A stretch of DNA of 39,510 bases from a virus (taxonomy: Duplodnaviria > Caudoviricetes), in IMG/VR virus record IMGVR_UViG_3300038675_000151, positions 1 through 39,510 of that record; one strand, written 5' to 3'. Numbering within the stretch: the stretch's first letter is position 1; every line of letters begins with the position of its first letter. Below, piece by piece: positions 9,426 through 18,185 of the stretch. A program made the translations under genes and the position numbers. The notes beneath the pieces were generated by a model. That model saw only the letters and a program-made list of their open reading frames with translations. It had not been told where the DNA came from and did no database searches.

Positions 9426-10085
9426 TCACGCCCCCAAGATATCCGCCAAATCGAAGAGGGACTTCCCCTTATTCGTCATTCTGTACGTCCCGGCCACCGC
9501 CGCCTTCCCGGCGTTGATCCATCCGGCCTTCTGGAGTTCCTTCCCCTCCTGCTCCTTCCATCCCGCCTCGGCCAAGAGCCACGGTGCCTGGGACTGAAGC
9601 ACCTTCGCCTCGTCAAGTTTGATCGTCGCACCGGATCGGAGTCGGGACGCTTCCTGCCGACCCTTCCAGGCCGCGACATCGCCCTCCATGCGGAGCAGAC
9701 CGGCCTTGACGGCATCCTCGGCCATGATGTCCGCCATTGCGTCGAGCGGAGATCCCGTTCCGACATCCACCCCGGCGGCGGCGAGACGGGCCCTGGAGGT
9801 GCCGACCTTCCCTTCCGTTTCCTTTTCGAGGATCGCCAGTTTGATCCGGGCCGCCTGCCGTGCGATCTCGCCCTCCTCCTCGGCGGCCTGGGCCTGCTTT
9901 TCAAGGAGGTCGGCCTCGTACTGCTTCAGGGGGATGTCATGGCCGTAGATCGATGCGGCCTTGTACCTGTACTGGGCCGCCTCATACTCCTTCGCCCCCC
10001 TGGCGGTATTCCCGCTCGACACGGCACCGTAGACCTGAAGCCCCGTCCCGATGGCACCCAACACCTGTCCGAGAGTCTCACCCAT
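9426..10085 (-). CDS. internal virion protein (T7 gp14-like)
   Basis: Hydrophobic GA-rich N-terminus and the RARLAAAGVDVGTGSPLD motif typical of podovirus ejection proteins. Confidence 0.75.
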   Translation of the reverse strand: MGETLGQVLGAIGTGLQVYGAVSSGNTARGAKEYEAAQYRYKAASIYGHDIPLKQYEADLLEKQAQAAEEEGEIARQAARIKLAILEKETEGKVGTSRARLAAAGVDVGTGSPLDAMADIMAEDAVKAGLLRMEGDVAAWKGRQEASRLRSGATIKLDEAKVLQSQAPWLLAEAGWKEQEGKELQKAGWINAGKAAVAGTYRMTNKGKSLFDLADILGA

Positions 10086-10569
10086 TTTCCAGTTCCCCCC
10101 TCGTAATGCACCAAAGGTCGTAGTCCAGCCACTCCCCCTTGACCTGGGCGTGATGCCGGAGGACTCCGTCCTTCGTGAACCCGCAAGCCTTCAGGAGACC
10201 CGCCGTCTCCCTGTTGTCCTGGCGGATCAGCGTGTGGAATTTCACGAGGCCGTAGTCGTCCATGCACCGTTTCATTCCGTTCAGGACGGCCCAGGTGCCG
10301 ATCCTCCGGTCCTGGTAGCAGGGGCCGAGGAATATGTGGCCGAAGGCCAGACGCCCCGGAACGATGCCGTTCGCGTAGCAGATCCCGGCCACCGCATTCG
10401 TGTCCTCATCAACGATGGCAAGCCCGTACTGCACCGTCCGGGCCATCCAGAGGACGAAATCGGTGTATGTCTCGACCCCGTCCTCGTCGGTGAAGAGGCG
10501 ATCCTTCGCTTGGCTTGCGTACCGCCAGAGGCCGGGATAATCGGTGTTGTAGACGGGCCGCAGTTTCAT
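10078..10569 (-). CDS. GNAT-fold acetyltransferase-like protein (T7 gp13 position)
   Basis: YQDRRIGT acetyl-CoA-loop-like motif and N..T..LLKACGFTKDGVLR (RimJ-like); start MKLRP at 10569. Confidence 0.75.
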   Translation of the reverse strand: MKLRPVYNTDYPGLWRYASQAKDRLFTDEDGVETYTDFVLWMARTVQYGLAIVDEDTNAVAGICYANGIVPGRLAFGHIFLGPCYQDRRIGTWAVLNGMKRCMDDYGLVKFHTLIRQDNRETAGLLKACGFTKDGVLRHHAQVKGEWLDYDLWCITRGELENG

Positions 10570-10826
10570 TTGCCCTCCACAATGACCCCGGCGGTCTCGT
10601 AACCGCCATTCGCCTGACAAGCCTTGATCCGGTGGCCGTGGTGATTCACCCTGCTCCAGATCTCGTCATGCTCCTCCTTGTTCGCATCGCAGAGGGCCTT
10701 GATTTCTGCCAGGATCGCATCGAATTTCTTCTCGATGCTCTGCATCCAATGACGCACCAAAAACCAAGTCACCACCGCCAGGGCACCAAACGCCGCCGCA
10801 TTCGCCGCGATAGGTTCGTTCATCAT
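10566..10826 (-). CDS. small single-TM/coiled-coil protein, possible holin
   Basis: Hydrophobic AAAFGALAVVTWFLV followed by a coiled coil; translationally coupled to both neighbours. Confidence 0.5.
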   Translation of the reverse strand: MMNEPIAANAAAFGALAVVTWFLVRHWMQSIEKKFDAILAEIKALCDANKEEHDEIWSRVNHHGHRIKACQANGGYETAGVIVEGK

Positions 10827-13498
10827 CGGTCCTCCGTCGCATATCTCGGCATTACCGCCAATACTGTCTGCGGGAGGGGTTGGTCCTGCACGACGACGAC
10901 CACCGCCTCGTAGCCGCTGTCGTGCGGGAACGCCCCGATGTCCTTGTCCGCACTCCGCAATGCCGGTGGTCTCCCCATCAGGTCCACCGTGGTACGGAAT
11001 GTCAACTCCTCCAGATCGTCCAGGGACGACCCCACTTTTCCCCCGAGGGAATTGTGGAACCTCACGGTCAATCCGTGAATCCTCTTGACCTTGCCCTGCC
11101 CCGTTCCCTCCCTCGTCTGCGTTTCAAGGGGCATCGTCACAAGCGTGGAGGCGTACGGCAGACCGGCGATGATCACCCCCGCAGGCCGTTCCAGGGTGAT
11201 TTCTCCCCCGGTGACGGTGCAGTCCGGGTGGACGGCCCCGTCCGCCAGGATCGATACCGCCTTGCCCTCCAGGTGATCGAGGCCCGAGGCCGTCGTCGCG
11301 GTCTTCTTCGCGATCCCTCCGCTCTCGTAGGTCGTGTAGCCCGTACCGTCGATGTTCTCTCCGGTTACATGGTGGGTCAGTTCGAAGGTGTTCGTGGTCT
11401 TGTTCGCGATGGCGTAGTACCGGCCATTGATTTCCGTCATCCCCTCTACGTTGTCGATCCAGACGATGTCGCCGTTCGACAGCCCATGGGCCGGAGCGGT
11501 CACGACGACGGGATTCGCTTCGGTGGCCCCGGTGATCGCGACCTCGTCACCGTCGTACATCAGACCGCTGTCCACGAAGTGGCAGTACCGCTGATCAGTC
11601 CCGAAATCGAAGTCGGTCATGTACTCGATGTACCGCTTCGTCACCCCGCCGATCTCCCGCTTCGCGATCATCCAGACCTCGTCCTGGTTTGTGCCGGGAA
11701 TCACGCAGAGGCTGTCCACGAGGCCGTCCGTGATGTGCCTGTGCCACCCGATGACCTCCTGGCTCGGATCATATGTGAGCCCGATCAGGACGCCGTCAGC
11801 CCTGACAGCCCAGAGAATCGAATACGGAGCGGCCTGGAAGTCCCACTCCCAGATCCCCGGCTTCGCGATGTGGTTCGCCACCAGGGTCAGATCCTTGCCG
11901 ACGTAGGAGTCGGACTCCATCTGGTAGGACAGGTCGCGGACCCGGATCCCGGCGTTGTCGGGGTGGCCGTTCCGCTCCATGAAGAGCAGGGACGATCCCA
12001 TGTCGAGCGGCTGGATGTCCGCCACTCCGTATCTCGTCTTCTTCGAGAACCTCGCGTTAGACGGCGTGACCGTGGCGTCCGTGTCCGAGCCGCCGAGCCG
12101 CCAGCACCCGCCAACGGTCCCGACGATCATCTGGGACAGGGAGGAGATCCACCGGATCACGTTGACCCGCTCCGAAGCCATCTTGTAGGTGTAGGGGTCG
12201 TCGTCATTCACGCCGGGGGTGAAATTCTCGTAGTCCGCGACCCTCGACGCCCACTCCGTTTGCGGGTCCGTGGCGGTGCCGCCGAAGACGAGACGCTGAT
12301 CGGAGAACCACACCGCCGCAGGCCAGCCCCGGTAGTCGCTCCAGGCTCCCTCCCGCCAATCCTCTGTGGCGATGGTGCCGCCCAGTTCCGACATGACGGT
12401 TGCTGTAACCTGGGTACTGGATGTGTAGGCCTCGATCAGGACGTACCCCCACTTTCCGTCATGGAAAACCCTGATGAAGGCCCCGACATGGTTCGCGTTG
12501 AAGAATGCTTCGGACGCTGTCAGGGTAATCGATCCCGTCGTCGCGGAAGGTGTGAGCAGGATCGTCGTCACCTCGTAGATCTCCACGAGATCGACATAGT
12601 AGGTGCCCGTCGTGCCGGTGGCATTGGTGAATTTGATGTAGGCCCCGGCCCCGCCAGCCGTCTCCTTCCAGGCCACTTTGAACTGTGCCCACTCCTGGTA
12701 AGGGACGCCGTTGACCGTGTGTTCGACGGCATACCCGGAGTTGTCGCCCTTCCGCACGGCGACCCGGATCGAGCCGGTGGCACAATAGACCCAGAAGGTG
12801 GCTCGATAGATCTTGTCCGTCGTCGTCGTGAACGTGCCGCCCTTGATGCCCTCTCCAGCCGCATCCACGACGAATTTGCGGCAGTACGACCCCGACACCG
12901 AGCCGTCGCTACTCCGCTCCTGGGTCGTCGGGGTTCCGACAGACGACCACCCGGAATTCAGTTCCATGTCGCCGTCCGGGCAGAGTTGAGTCCCGGTGGT
13001 TTCCGTGGAGGAGTTGAGATCCCTGTAGGGGCCGTCGATGAACGTGACCTTCGTGATCGTCCACGAGGTGTGCCCCGTCCGGGTCAGTTTGTACGGGGCG
13101 TAATCCGGGTGGACGATGTACATTGTGTCGGCATCCTGCACGAACTTCAGTTCCGCGAGGTCGCCCTCCCCGTAGGGGGAAACGATCTCGTAGGGTACGC
13201 CGCTGTCGAGGATCTGACCCCGGTCCTTGAAGAAGCGGATGTATCCGTCACCGAATTCGAGGACGTAAGCCTGGGAGACACTAAACTCGAAGGGGATCAG
13301 GCGGGTGTTCTTCGAGGAGTCCTTCACCTCCGAGACAAAGTAGGTGCCGGGACGCCTCTGTGCCCCGCCGTGAACCCGGATGAAGTAGTTCTCCAGGGTG
13401 CGGCAGGCATTGGCGTACTTCGACAGATCGACCCGCCCAGCCATCTCGGGACTCCATTCGCCAGCGGTGAAGTTCGTGAGGATTGGGGATATTCTCAT
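10823..13498 (-). CDS. tail tubular protein B / nozzle (T7 gp12-like) with inserted domains
   Basis: NFTAGEWSP...GGAQRRPGT...RLIPFEFS..QAYVLEFGDGYIRFF N-terminus; WHRH; C-terminal QDQPLP.TVLAV. Confidence 0.88.
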   Translation of the reverse strand: MRISPILTNFTAGEWSPEMAGRVDLSKYANACRTLENYFIRVHGGAQRRPGTYFVSEVKDSSKNTRLIPFEFSVSQAYVLEFGDGYIRFFKDRGQILDSGVPYEIVSPYGEGDLAELKFVQDADTMYIVHPDYAPYKLTRTGHTSWTITKVTFIDGPYRDLNSSTETTGTQLCPDGDMELNSGWSSVGTPTTQERSSDGSVSGSYCRKFVVDAAGEGIKGGTFTTTTDKIYRATFWVYCATGSIRVAVRKGDNSGYAVEHTVNGVPYQEWAQFKVAWKETAGGAGAYIKFTNATGTTGTYYVDLVEIYEVTTILLTPSATTGSITLTASEAFFNANHVGAFIRVFHDGKWGYVLIEAYTSSTQVTATVMSELGGTIATEDWREGAWSDYRGWPAAVWFSDQRLVFGGTATDPQTEWASRVADYENFTPGVNDDDPYTYKMASERVNVIRWISSLSQMIVGTVGGCWRLGGSDTDATVTPSNARFSKKTRYGVADIQPLDMGSSLLFMERNGHPDNAGIRVRDLSYQMESDSYVGKDLTLVANHIAKPGIWEWDFQAAPYSILWAVRADGVLIGLTYDPSQEVIGWHRHITDGLVDSLCVIPGTNQDEVWMIAKREIGGVTKRYIEYMTDFDFGTDQRYCHFVDSGLMYDGDEVAITGATEANPVVVTAPAHGLSNGDIVWIDNVEGMTEINGRYYAIANKTTNTFELTHHVTGENIDGTGYTTYESGGIAKKTATTASGLDHLEGKAVSILADGAVHPDCTVTGGEITLERPAGVIIAGLPYASTLVTMPLETQTREGTGQGKVKRIHGLTVRFHNSLGGKVGSSLDDLEELTFRTTVDLMGRPPALRSADKDIGAFPHDSGYEAVVVVVQDQPLPQTVLAVMPRYATEDR

Positions 13499-14053
13499 TT
13501 ACAGCCTCGACTCGAGCCACCCCTCGTACTGATACGTCGGGGGAGTTCCCTCCTGGGCGTCGATGTTCTCGGCCTCGAGAAGTTTGTCCTTGTACAGGGC
13601 GAACATCGCCTGCCAGAGGGTCTTGTCGTTCGTGATCGGATAAGCGATATCCGCCGCGAGACGGGCCGCCACGGCCTCCTCAAGCAGGGAATCGAATTCG
13701 GATGGGTCCGCCTCGCAAAGGTACGCATAGCGGAGCGGGGCACTCGCATCCGTGAGGATCTTCCTCCCCTCGATCTTGAATTCCGGGTCGTCCTGAATTT
13801 CCAGCACCCGCAGGCAGTCCGTCGGGAGTTGGTACTCGTAGGTGTACCCGTAGGCCGGGGTCGAGGAGAGGGCCGCGAGGGAGCCTCGCTTGATCGCACA
13901 ATTCCAGGGATACGCCCGGAGGACGGCCCTGATTGCCTTGTCGATCCTCTGGGCACAGATCCTGGCCTTCCGGTTGTCCGCCGACAGGCTCGTCAGTACG
14001 TCCTGCCCCAGAAGCACAAGGGCCGAGTTTACAATGTCGATCTTCGCCGCCAT
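13499..14053 (-). CDS. tail tubular protein A / adaptor (T7 gp11-like)
   Basis: IDIVNSALVLLG...LRAYPWNCA...YQLPTDCLRV pattern; synteny. Confidence 0.85.
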   Translation of the reverse strand: MAAKIDIVNSALVLLGQDVLTSLSADNRKARICAQRIDKAIRAVLRAYPWNCAIKRGSLAALSSTPAYGYTYEYQLPTDCLRVLEIQDDPEFKIEGRKILTDASAPLRYAYLCEADPSEFDSLLEEAVAARLAADIAYPITNDKTLWQAMFALYKDKLLEAENIDAQEGTPPTYQYEGWLESRL

Positions 14054-14110
14054 GTCACCACCCCCAGAGGCTGTCGAGGTAGATCTCGATGATCATCGCC
14101 AGGAAAAACA

Positions 14111-14797
14111 TCATCGCCAATGCTCCTCGATCCAGGGTTCGATCACTTCGTGGGGCTTCGGCCTACCGTGGAACGAGACGATCCGGCAGTCCTGGGGAAG
14201 CCCCCTCCTCCGCACCCATTGCTTATAGGAAACCACCCACTCATCCGGCCAAACATCGATTGCCAAGGGCCTCGGCTTTGAGTTGATCCACCCCTGTGCC
14301 TGATAGTGCCAGACCTTCTCGATGCCCTTATCCTCCGGGTTCCAGAGAGGCTTGCCGACACGCAACCATTCGTCATAGGCCGGGGCGAAGGCTCCTCCCC
14401 TGGCAAGCCATACGTCCAGGCTTACGTCCTGCTCATGGCCCGGAGGACAGGCAAACGGGGGGAAATCCTTGAAGGCCACCAGTTTCGACGGGTAGGTGAG
14501 CAGATCGTCCAGGCTCCCGATGATCACGCAGTCGAGGCCGATGGCGAAGTAGTCCTCCTTCCGCAGGAGGGCGTCCATGCCGGTCCACCAGTACTGGTAG
14601 TTCGACGGCACTACCTCGACATCCGGCTCCAGTTTCCGCAGATCGCCGGATGCCCTGGCCGTGGGACCGGCATACAGCACGAACCGATGCGGGACCGTCG
14701 TGTTCCTTCGGACGCCCCGGACGAGCCGGTTGACGTACTCGATGGTGTAGACGTCACCATCGCCAGACCAGGATGTCCCGATGATCAGATCTTCCAT
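14111..14797 (-). CDS. GT-A-type glycosyltransferase
   Basis: YVNRLVRGVRRNTTVPHRFV, WW, LDCVIIGSLDDL, QGWI, VSYK, IVSFHGRPKPHE match a common phage glycosyltransferase pattern; start MEDLII at 14797. Confidence 0.75.
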   Translation of the reverse strand: MEDLIIGTSWSGDGDVYTIEYVNRLVRGVRRNTTVPHRFVLYAGPTARASGDLRKLEPDVEVVPSNYQYWWTGMDALLRKEDYFAIGLDCVIIGSLDDLLTYPSKLVAFKDFPPFACPPGHEQDVSLDVWLARGGAFAPAYDEWLRVGKPLWNPEDKGIEKVWHYQAQGWINSKPRPLAIDVWPDEWVVSYKQWVRRRGLPQDCRIVSFHGRPKPHEVIEPWIEEHWR

Positions 14798-15402
14798 GTC
14801 CACCCCTCGTCGGGAACGCCAAGGAGGGTGCGGGTCCATCCGCTCATGGACCGGACACGCCCCCGGAACCATGTCTCCGACGCCTTCACCCACTCCATCT
14901 TGAGAAAGTCGGAATCGAACCTACAGTTGGTTCCCGGCGGGTCATAGAAGTGCCCTCCGTTGTCCAGGGGCACCCCGGCCAGGATCACCCTGTCGTATCC
15001 AAGGGCCAGGGCGATCATGGTCGCCAGGATCGAGGACGTTCCCCCCTTCGATCCCTCGATGTCCCAGAGGTAGTCACACTCCGAGTACAGCCCCTTCTTT
15101 TCGTGACGCCTGTACGAATGGGTTGTAACGTGCGACTCCTCGCACCGGTACATGGGCCTCAAAGCCCTCCAGAGGTTCGGCTCCTCTGGATGCATGGAAA
15201 CGCCATGATGGACACGGTCTTTGTAGTGGAGGATCATGTTGTTTACCGCCACGACCCCCATGTGCTTGAGGCGGGAGATCCTGTCGAGGTCCGCCCAAAT
15301 TGTGTGACCGCACCCCATCACGACGGCAACCCCAGAGAAGTTGCCAGCACAAGCCGGGGGGGTGCCCCCCCGGCCTTCTATGCCGTTGATTGCCCAGGAC
15401 AT
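14785..15402 (-). CDS. DUF115/MAF-glycosyltransferase-like (Rossmann-like) protein
   Basis: AVVMGCGHT...VVAVN...GGTSSILATMIALALGYDRVILAGVPL...HFY. Confidence 0.6.
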   Translation of the reverse strand: MSWAINGIEGRGGTPPACAGNFSGVAVVMGCGHTIWADLDRISRLKHMGVVAVNNMILHYKDRVHHGVSMHPEEPNLWRALRPMYRCEESHVTTHSYRRHEKKGLYSECDYLWDIEGSKGGTSSILATMIALALGYDRVILAGVPLDNGGHFYDPPGTNCRFDSDFLKMEWVKASETWFRGRVRSMSGWTRTLLGVPDEGWTWKI

Positions 15403-15405
15403 GGA

Positions 15406-15819
15406 TCAGTTCGGGCAGGCTTTGAGGATCACCACCTCGACGGCACCCGTCGCTTCCTCGACTCCCGTCTTGAGGATGATGGGGGTGTCCTCCGTGGCCT
15501 TGTATCCCACGCCGTTGCTCCTGGTCGCCCAGGACGCCTGACCGGCGGTGGTGAACACGGTTGCCGCCATGTAGCGGTCATCGTCTCCAGCATCCCCCAA
15601 CTGGAGGGTGGTCGCGGAACCGAGGTCGGCACCGATGACGAGGCCAGCCAAAAACACCTCGCCCTTCTTCAGGATGCCGACCACCACCTCCGTGTTCGCC
15701 GCCGCCGTCGCGAAGGTGTAGGTGTCGTGCGTGGCCCTCACCTTGCCCTCGTACTCCGCACCAAGCAGATTTGCGGGAGAGGCGGCGAGAAACTTGGTGT
15801 AGTTTTCTCCGTACAGCAT
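15406..15819 (-). CDS. capsid cement/decoration protein
   Basis: Beta-rich 137 aa directly after the capsid gene; LG.ATTLQLGDAGDDDRY pattern (BPP-1 Bbp16 position). Confidence 0.65.
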   Translation of the reverse strand: MLYGENYTKFLAASPANLLGAEYEGKVRATHDTYTFATAAANTEVVVGILKKGEVFLAGLVIGADLGSATTLQLGDAGDDDRYMAATVFTTAGQASWATRSNGVGYKATEDTPIILKTGVEEATGAVEVVILKACPN

Positions 15820-15876
15820 TTCGATACCTCCTTACGGTTCGGGCGGGGCTTATGGCCCCGCCGTCGTTACGGGTTA

Positions 15877-16740
15877 TCAGGACTCGAGACAGTCGATCTC
15901 GACCACGCCGATCTGATCCATCCGCACCGCCCCGATGCTCATCGATGCATAGGGCTGGATCGCGTAGTTCTTGTCGGCCCTCTCGGTGACCCTGGTCTTG
16001 ATGTCCTGGCCGATGCCGAGGAGGATCGAATCCTTGTGCCACGCGAGACACTTGCGGACGCTCGAAGCCGAAGACAGCCGCTCGGAGCGGATGAATTTGA
16101 AGCCGAGATAGGTGTCGATCTCCCCCCGGACGAGTGCCCGGACGGTGTTGTAGTCCGCCGACTTGACCTCGCTGACATTCAGGAGATCCTGCAACTGCTT
16201 CGACCCGAGAGCGAGGAACCGGTCCTCCTCGGGGATCTCCTGGGCATCCAACTTCTGCTTCGCGGAGAGGAGTTTTGCCAGGGTCATCCCGGCAGACCCG
16301 TTGACGATCTGAAAGTTGGAGGTGTCGAAGGCGTAGGACGTGGAACCGTCCACACCGCCGTAGGCCGTCGCCAGGGCCGCCTCGATGATCGCGTCATCGA
16401 TGGAGCGGTTGAAGGCCGCGACGGCGTTCTGGATGTAGACGGCGGTGGGGTCCGCCAGCATCTTGACCTTGTCGAGGTCGTCGATGAGGTCCGCCCAGTC
16501 GTAATCGGCCAGGGTGACCCGCCGACGGAGATGCGGCGTCGAGACGAGGGGCGTGTCGGCGTGGCGGGAAGTCCGCTTGACCGCCGCCGTCTGGGAGACC
16601 TGATCGAAGAAGGCGTTCTTCCCGACGATCCCCGGTTCAACCCGGACTGCCGCCCGGAGTTTGGACTCCTTCTGCTGATGCAGAAGGATGATGTTTCGCG
16701 AATACTGCTCGACAAAAGCAGTCGTGACTTCGAAAGACAT
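15877..16740 (-). CDS. major capsid protein
   Basis: AFVEQYS.N...L.QQK.SKLR..V; DTP...TPH.RR; DLIDDLDKVKML.DP; VKSADYNTVRALVRGEIDTYLGFKFI. Confidence 0.92.
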   Translation of the reverse strand: MSFEVTTAFVEQYSRNIILLHQQKESKLRAAVRVEPGIVGKNAFFDQVSQTAAVKRTSRHADTPLVSTPHLRRRVTLADYDWADLIDDLDKVKMLADPTAVYIQNAVAAFNRSIDDAIIEAALATAYGGVDGSTSYAFDTSNFQIVNGSAGMTLAKLLSAKQKLDAQEIPEEDRFLALGSKQLQDLLNVSEVKSADYNTVRALVRGEIDTYLGFKFIRSERLSSASSVRKCLAWHKDSILLGIGQDIKTRVTERADKNYAIQPYASMSIGAVRMDQIGVVEIDCLES

Positions 16741-16910
16741 GGCAATCCTCCTTGACTTGTTGTGGTTGCGGAACCTCTCTGGCTCCCGAGCCTTGGGGAT
16801 TGCCGGTTTCCCGATCCCTCACTTTCTCCGGCTTGTCGTGCCGGTGCCGCCGAGTCTTGCCCGGATTGCACGGACGGTTTCCCGCTACCCGCTCCCCGTT
16901 GCCGGGGGAT

Positions 16911-17048
16911 CTACTTCTTCACCTGATCCTGGGCCTTCTCCCTCTCGTACTGTTCGCAGTCCGCCTTGTGCTGATCCTCGTAGACCGCCCGAGGGTTCGG
17001 TTCCCCCATTTTCATGGTGACGCTTACGTCGATAGGTTTCGTCTCCAT
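16911..17048 (-). CDS. 45-aa small protein (not in ORF track)
   Basis: METKPIDVSVTMKMGEPNPRAVYEDQHKADCEQYEREKAQDQVKK; RBS GGAGGT; TGATG overlap with the scaffold stop. Confidence 0.55.
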   Translation of the reverse strand: METKPIDVSVTMKMGEPNPRAVYEDQHKADCEQYEREKAQDQVKK

Positions 17049-17944
17049 CACTTACCTCCTGCCGCATGGGCAATGGCGATCAGCCGCTGGACCTCGTCCA
17101 CCGCCCTCTGATGCAGGGGATGGCTCTTGCTGTAGTACGCCTCGTTCAGCGGATCGCTTTTGTCGGTCATGATCGCATCGGCCTTCGCCCTGGCGTCCGC
17201 CGCCGACAGGTCGTATACCGGCTTGTCGCCCTTCTGGATGGACGATTCAGAGATCAACCCGCCAAAGGCGTAAAACAGCCTTGCAAGGTCCGCATCGTTG
17301 CCGTACTTCTGGACGATGGACTGCATCGCCTGCGGGTTCGCGGCGGCGGCGACGGTAGCCAGCACCCTGTTCGCGAGGTTCAGGTTCTCGTCGTACTTCG
17401 CCCCCCATTCTTTCTTCAGGGCGTCCTGGGATGCCGCCACCTGGGCGTCATAATCGCCCAGAACCTTCTCCAGATCCGTCTTCGTCTTGCCCAGGTGCCA
17501 GTTCCGCAGTTCCTGCACCTGTTTCGGCAGGAGACCGATCTTGTGGGCCAGGGCCGCGAATTCCGTGTCGTAGGACTCGTCGTAGGGATACGCCTCGGGC
17601 CAATCCTCGGGCTTCTTGATCCCGTAGCCTTCCGGGCTGTCGGGCCTTCCGAGTTTAGACCAGACCTGACCCCATGTCTCGTCCGTGTCCAGGGCACCCT
17701 TCGGCACCACGATCTTCTCGCCGCCGACCATCCTCTGGGCGTTGACGAGAGATTTGAAGACACCCCCGAGATCCTGATACGCCTTCAGGCTCGGCTCCTC
17801 CCGCAGATCAGAGGGAATGAACTCTCGCCAGTTCTCTCCCGACAGGATCACGGTCTGTTCGCCGCCACCGTTACCGGCACCGCCGACAGCACCCTGATTC
17901 CCCTGATCTCCCTGATTGCCTGCGTTCGCTTCGTTACCCACCAA
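17048..17944 (-). CDS. capsid scaffolding/assembly protein
   Basis: Low-complexity N-terminus; KLGRPDSPEGY; LKKEWGAKYDENL; HPLHQRAVDEV; located before the capsid gene. Confidence 0.85.
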   Translation of the reverse strand: MVGNEANAGNQGDQGNQGAVGGAGNGGGEQTVILSGENWREFIPSDLREEPSLKAYQDLGGVFKSLVNAQRMVGGEKIVVPKGALDTDETWGQVWSKLGRPDSPEGYGIKKPEDWPEAYPYDESYDTEFAALAHKIGLLPKQVQELRNWHLGKTKTDLEKVLGDYDAQVAASQDALKKEWGAKYDENLNLANRVLATVAAAANPQAMQSIVQKYGNDADLARLFYAFGGLISESSIQKGDKPVYDLSAADARAKADAIMTDKSDPLNEAYYSKSHPLHQRAVDEVQRLIAIAHAAGGK

Positions 17945-18185
17945 AAACCTCCTCGATGACGTTATTCACCGCCTCTACCGGCGGCGTGAGACTCTTCAGG
18001 ATGTGGGCCACCACCGACCTCTGGCCGTCGCGAAAGACGGCATCGTAAGGGTGACCCGCCCCGACCTTGTAGGCCGGATCGTACAGGTGAAACTCCTGGG
18101 CGAGGTAGTTGATCACCCGCCGCCCATGCTCACTCCCGAAGGTGAGCCGGAAATCGATCAGCCTCTGCCGCTCGTCCTGCGTCAT
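17934..18185 (-). CDS. Bbp19-like small head protein
   Basis: F.SEHGRRVINYL...AVFRDGQRSVVAHI; lies between portal and scaffold. Confidence 0.75.
   Translation of the reverse strand: MTQDERQRLIDFRLTFGSEHGRRVINYLAQEFHLYDPAYKVGAGHPYDAVFRDGQRSVVAHILKSLTPPVEAVNNVIEEVFGG

Noticed and set aside
2800-16755. Very long + strand ORFs (2800-5106, 5380-7770, 7874-9166, 10880-14092, 14950-16755)
   Set aside because: Antisense shadows of GC-rich structural genes, with no recognisable motifs.
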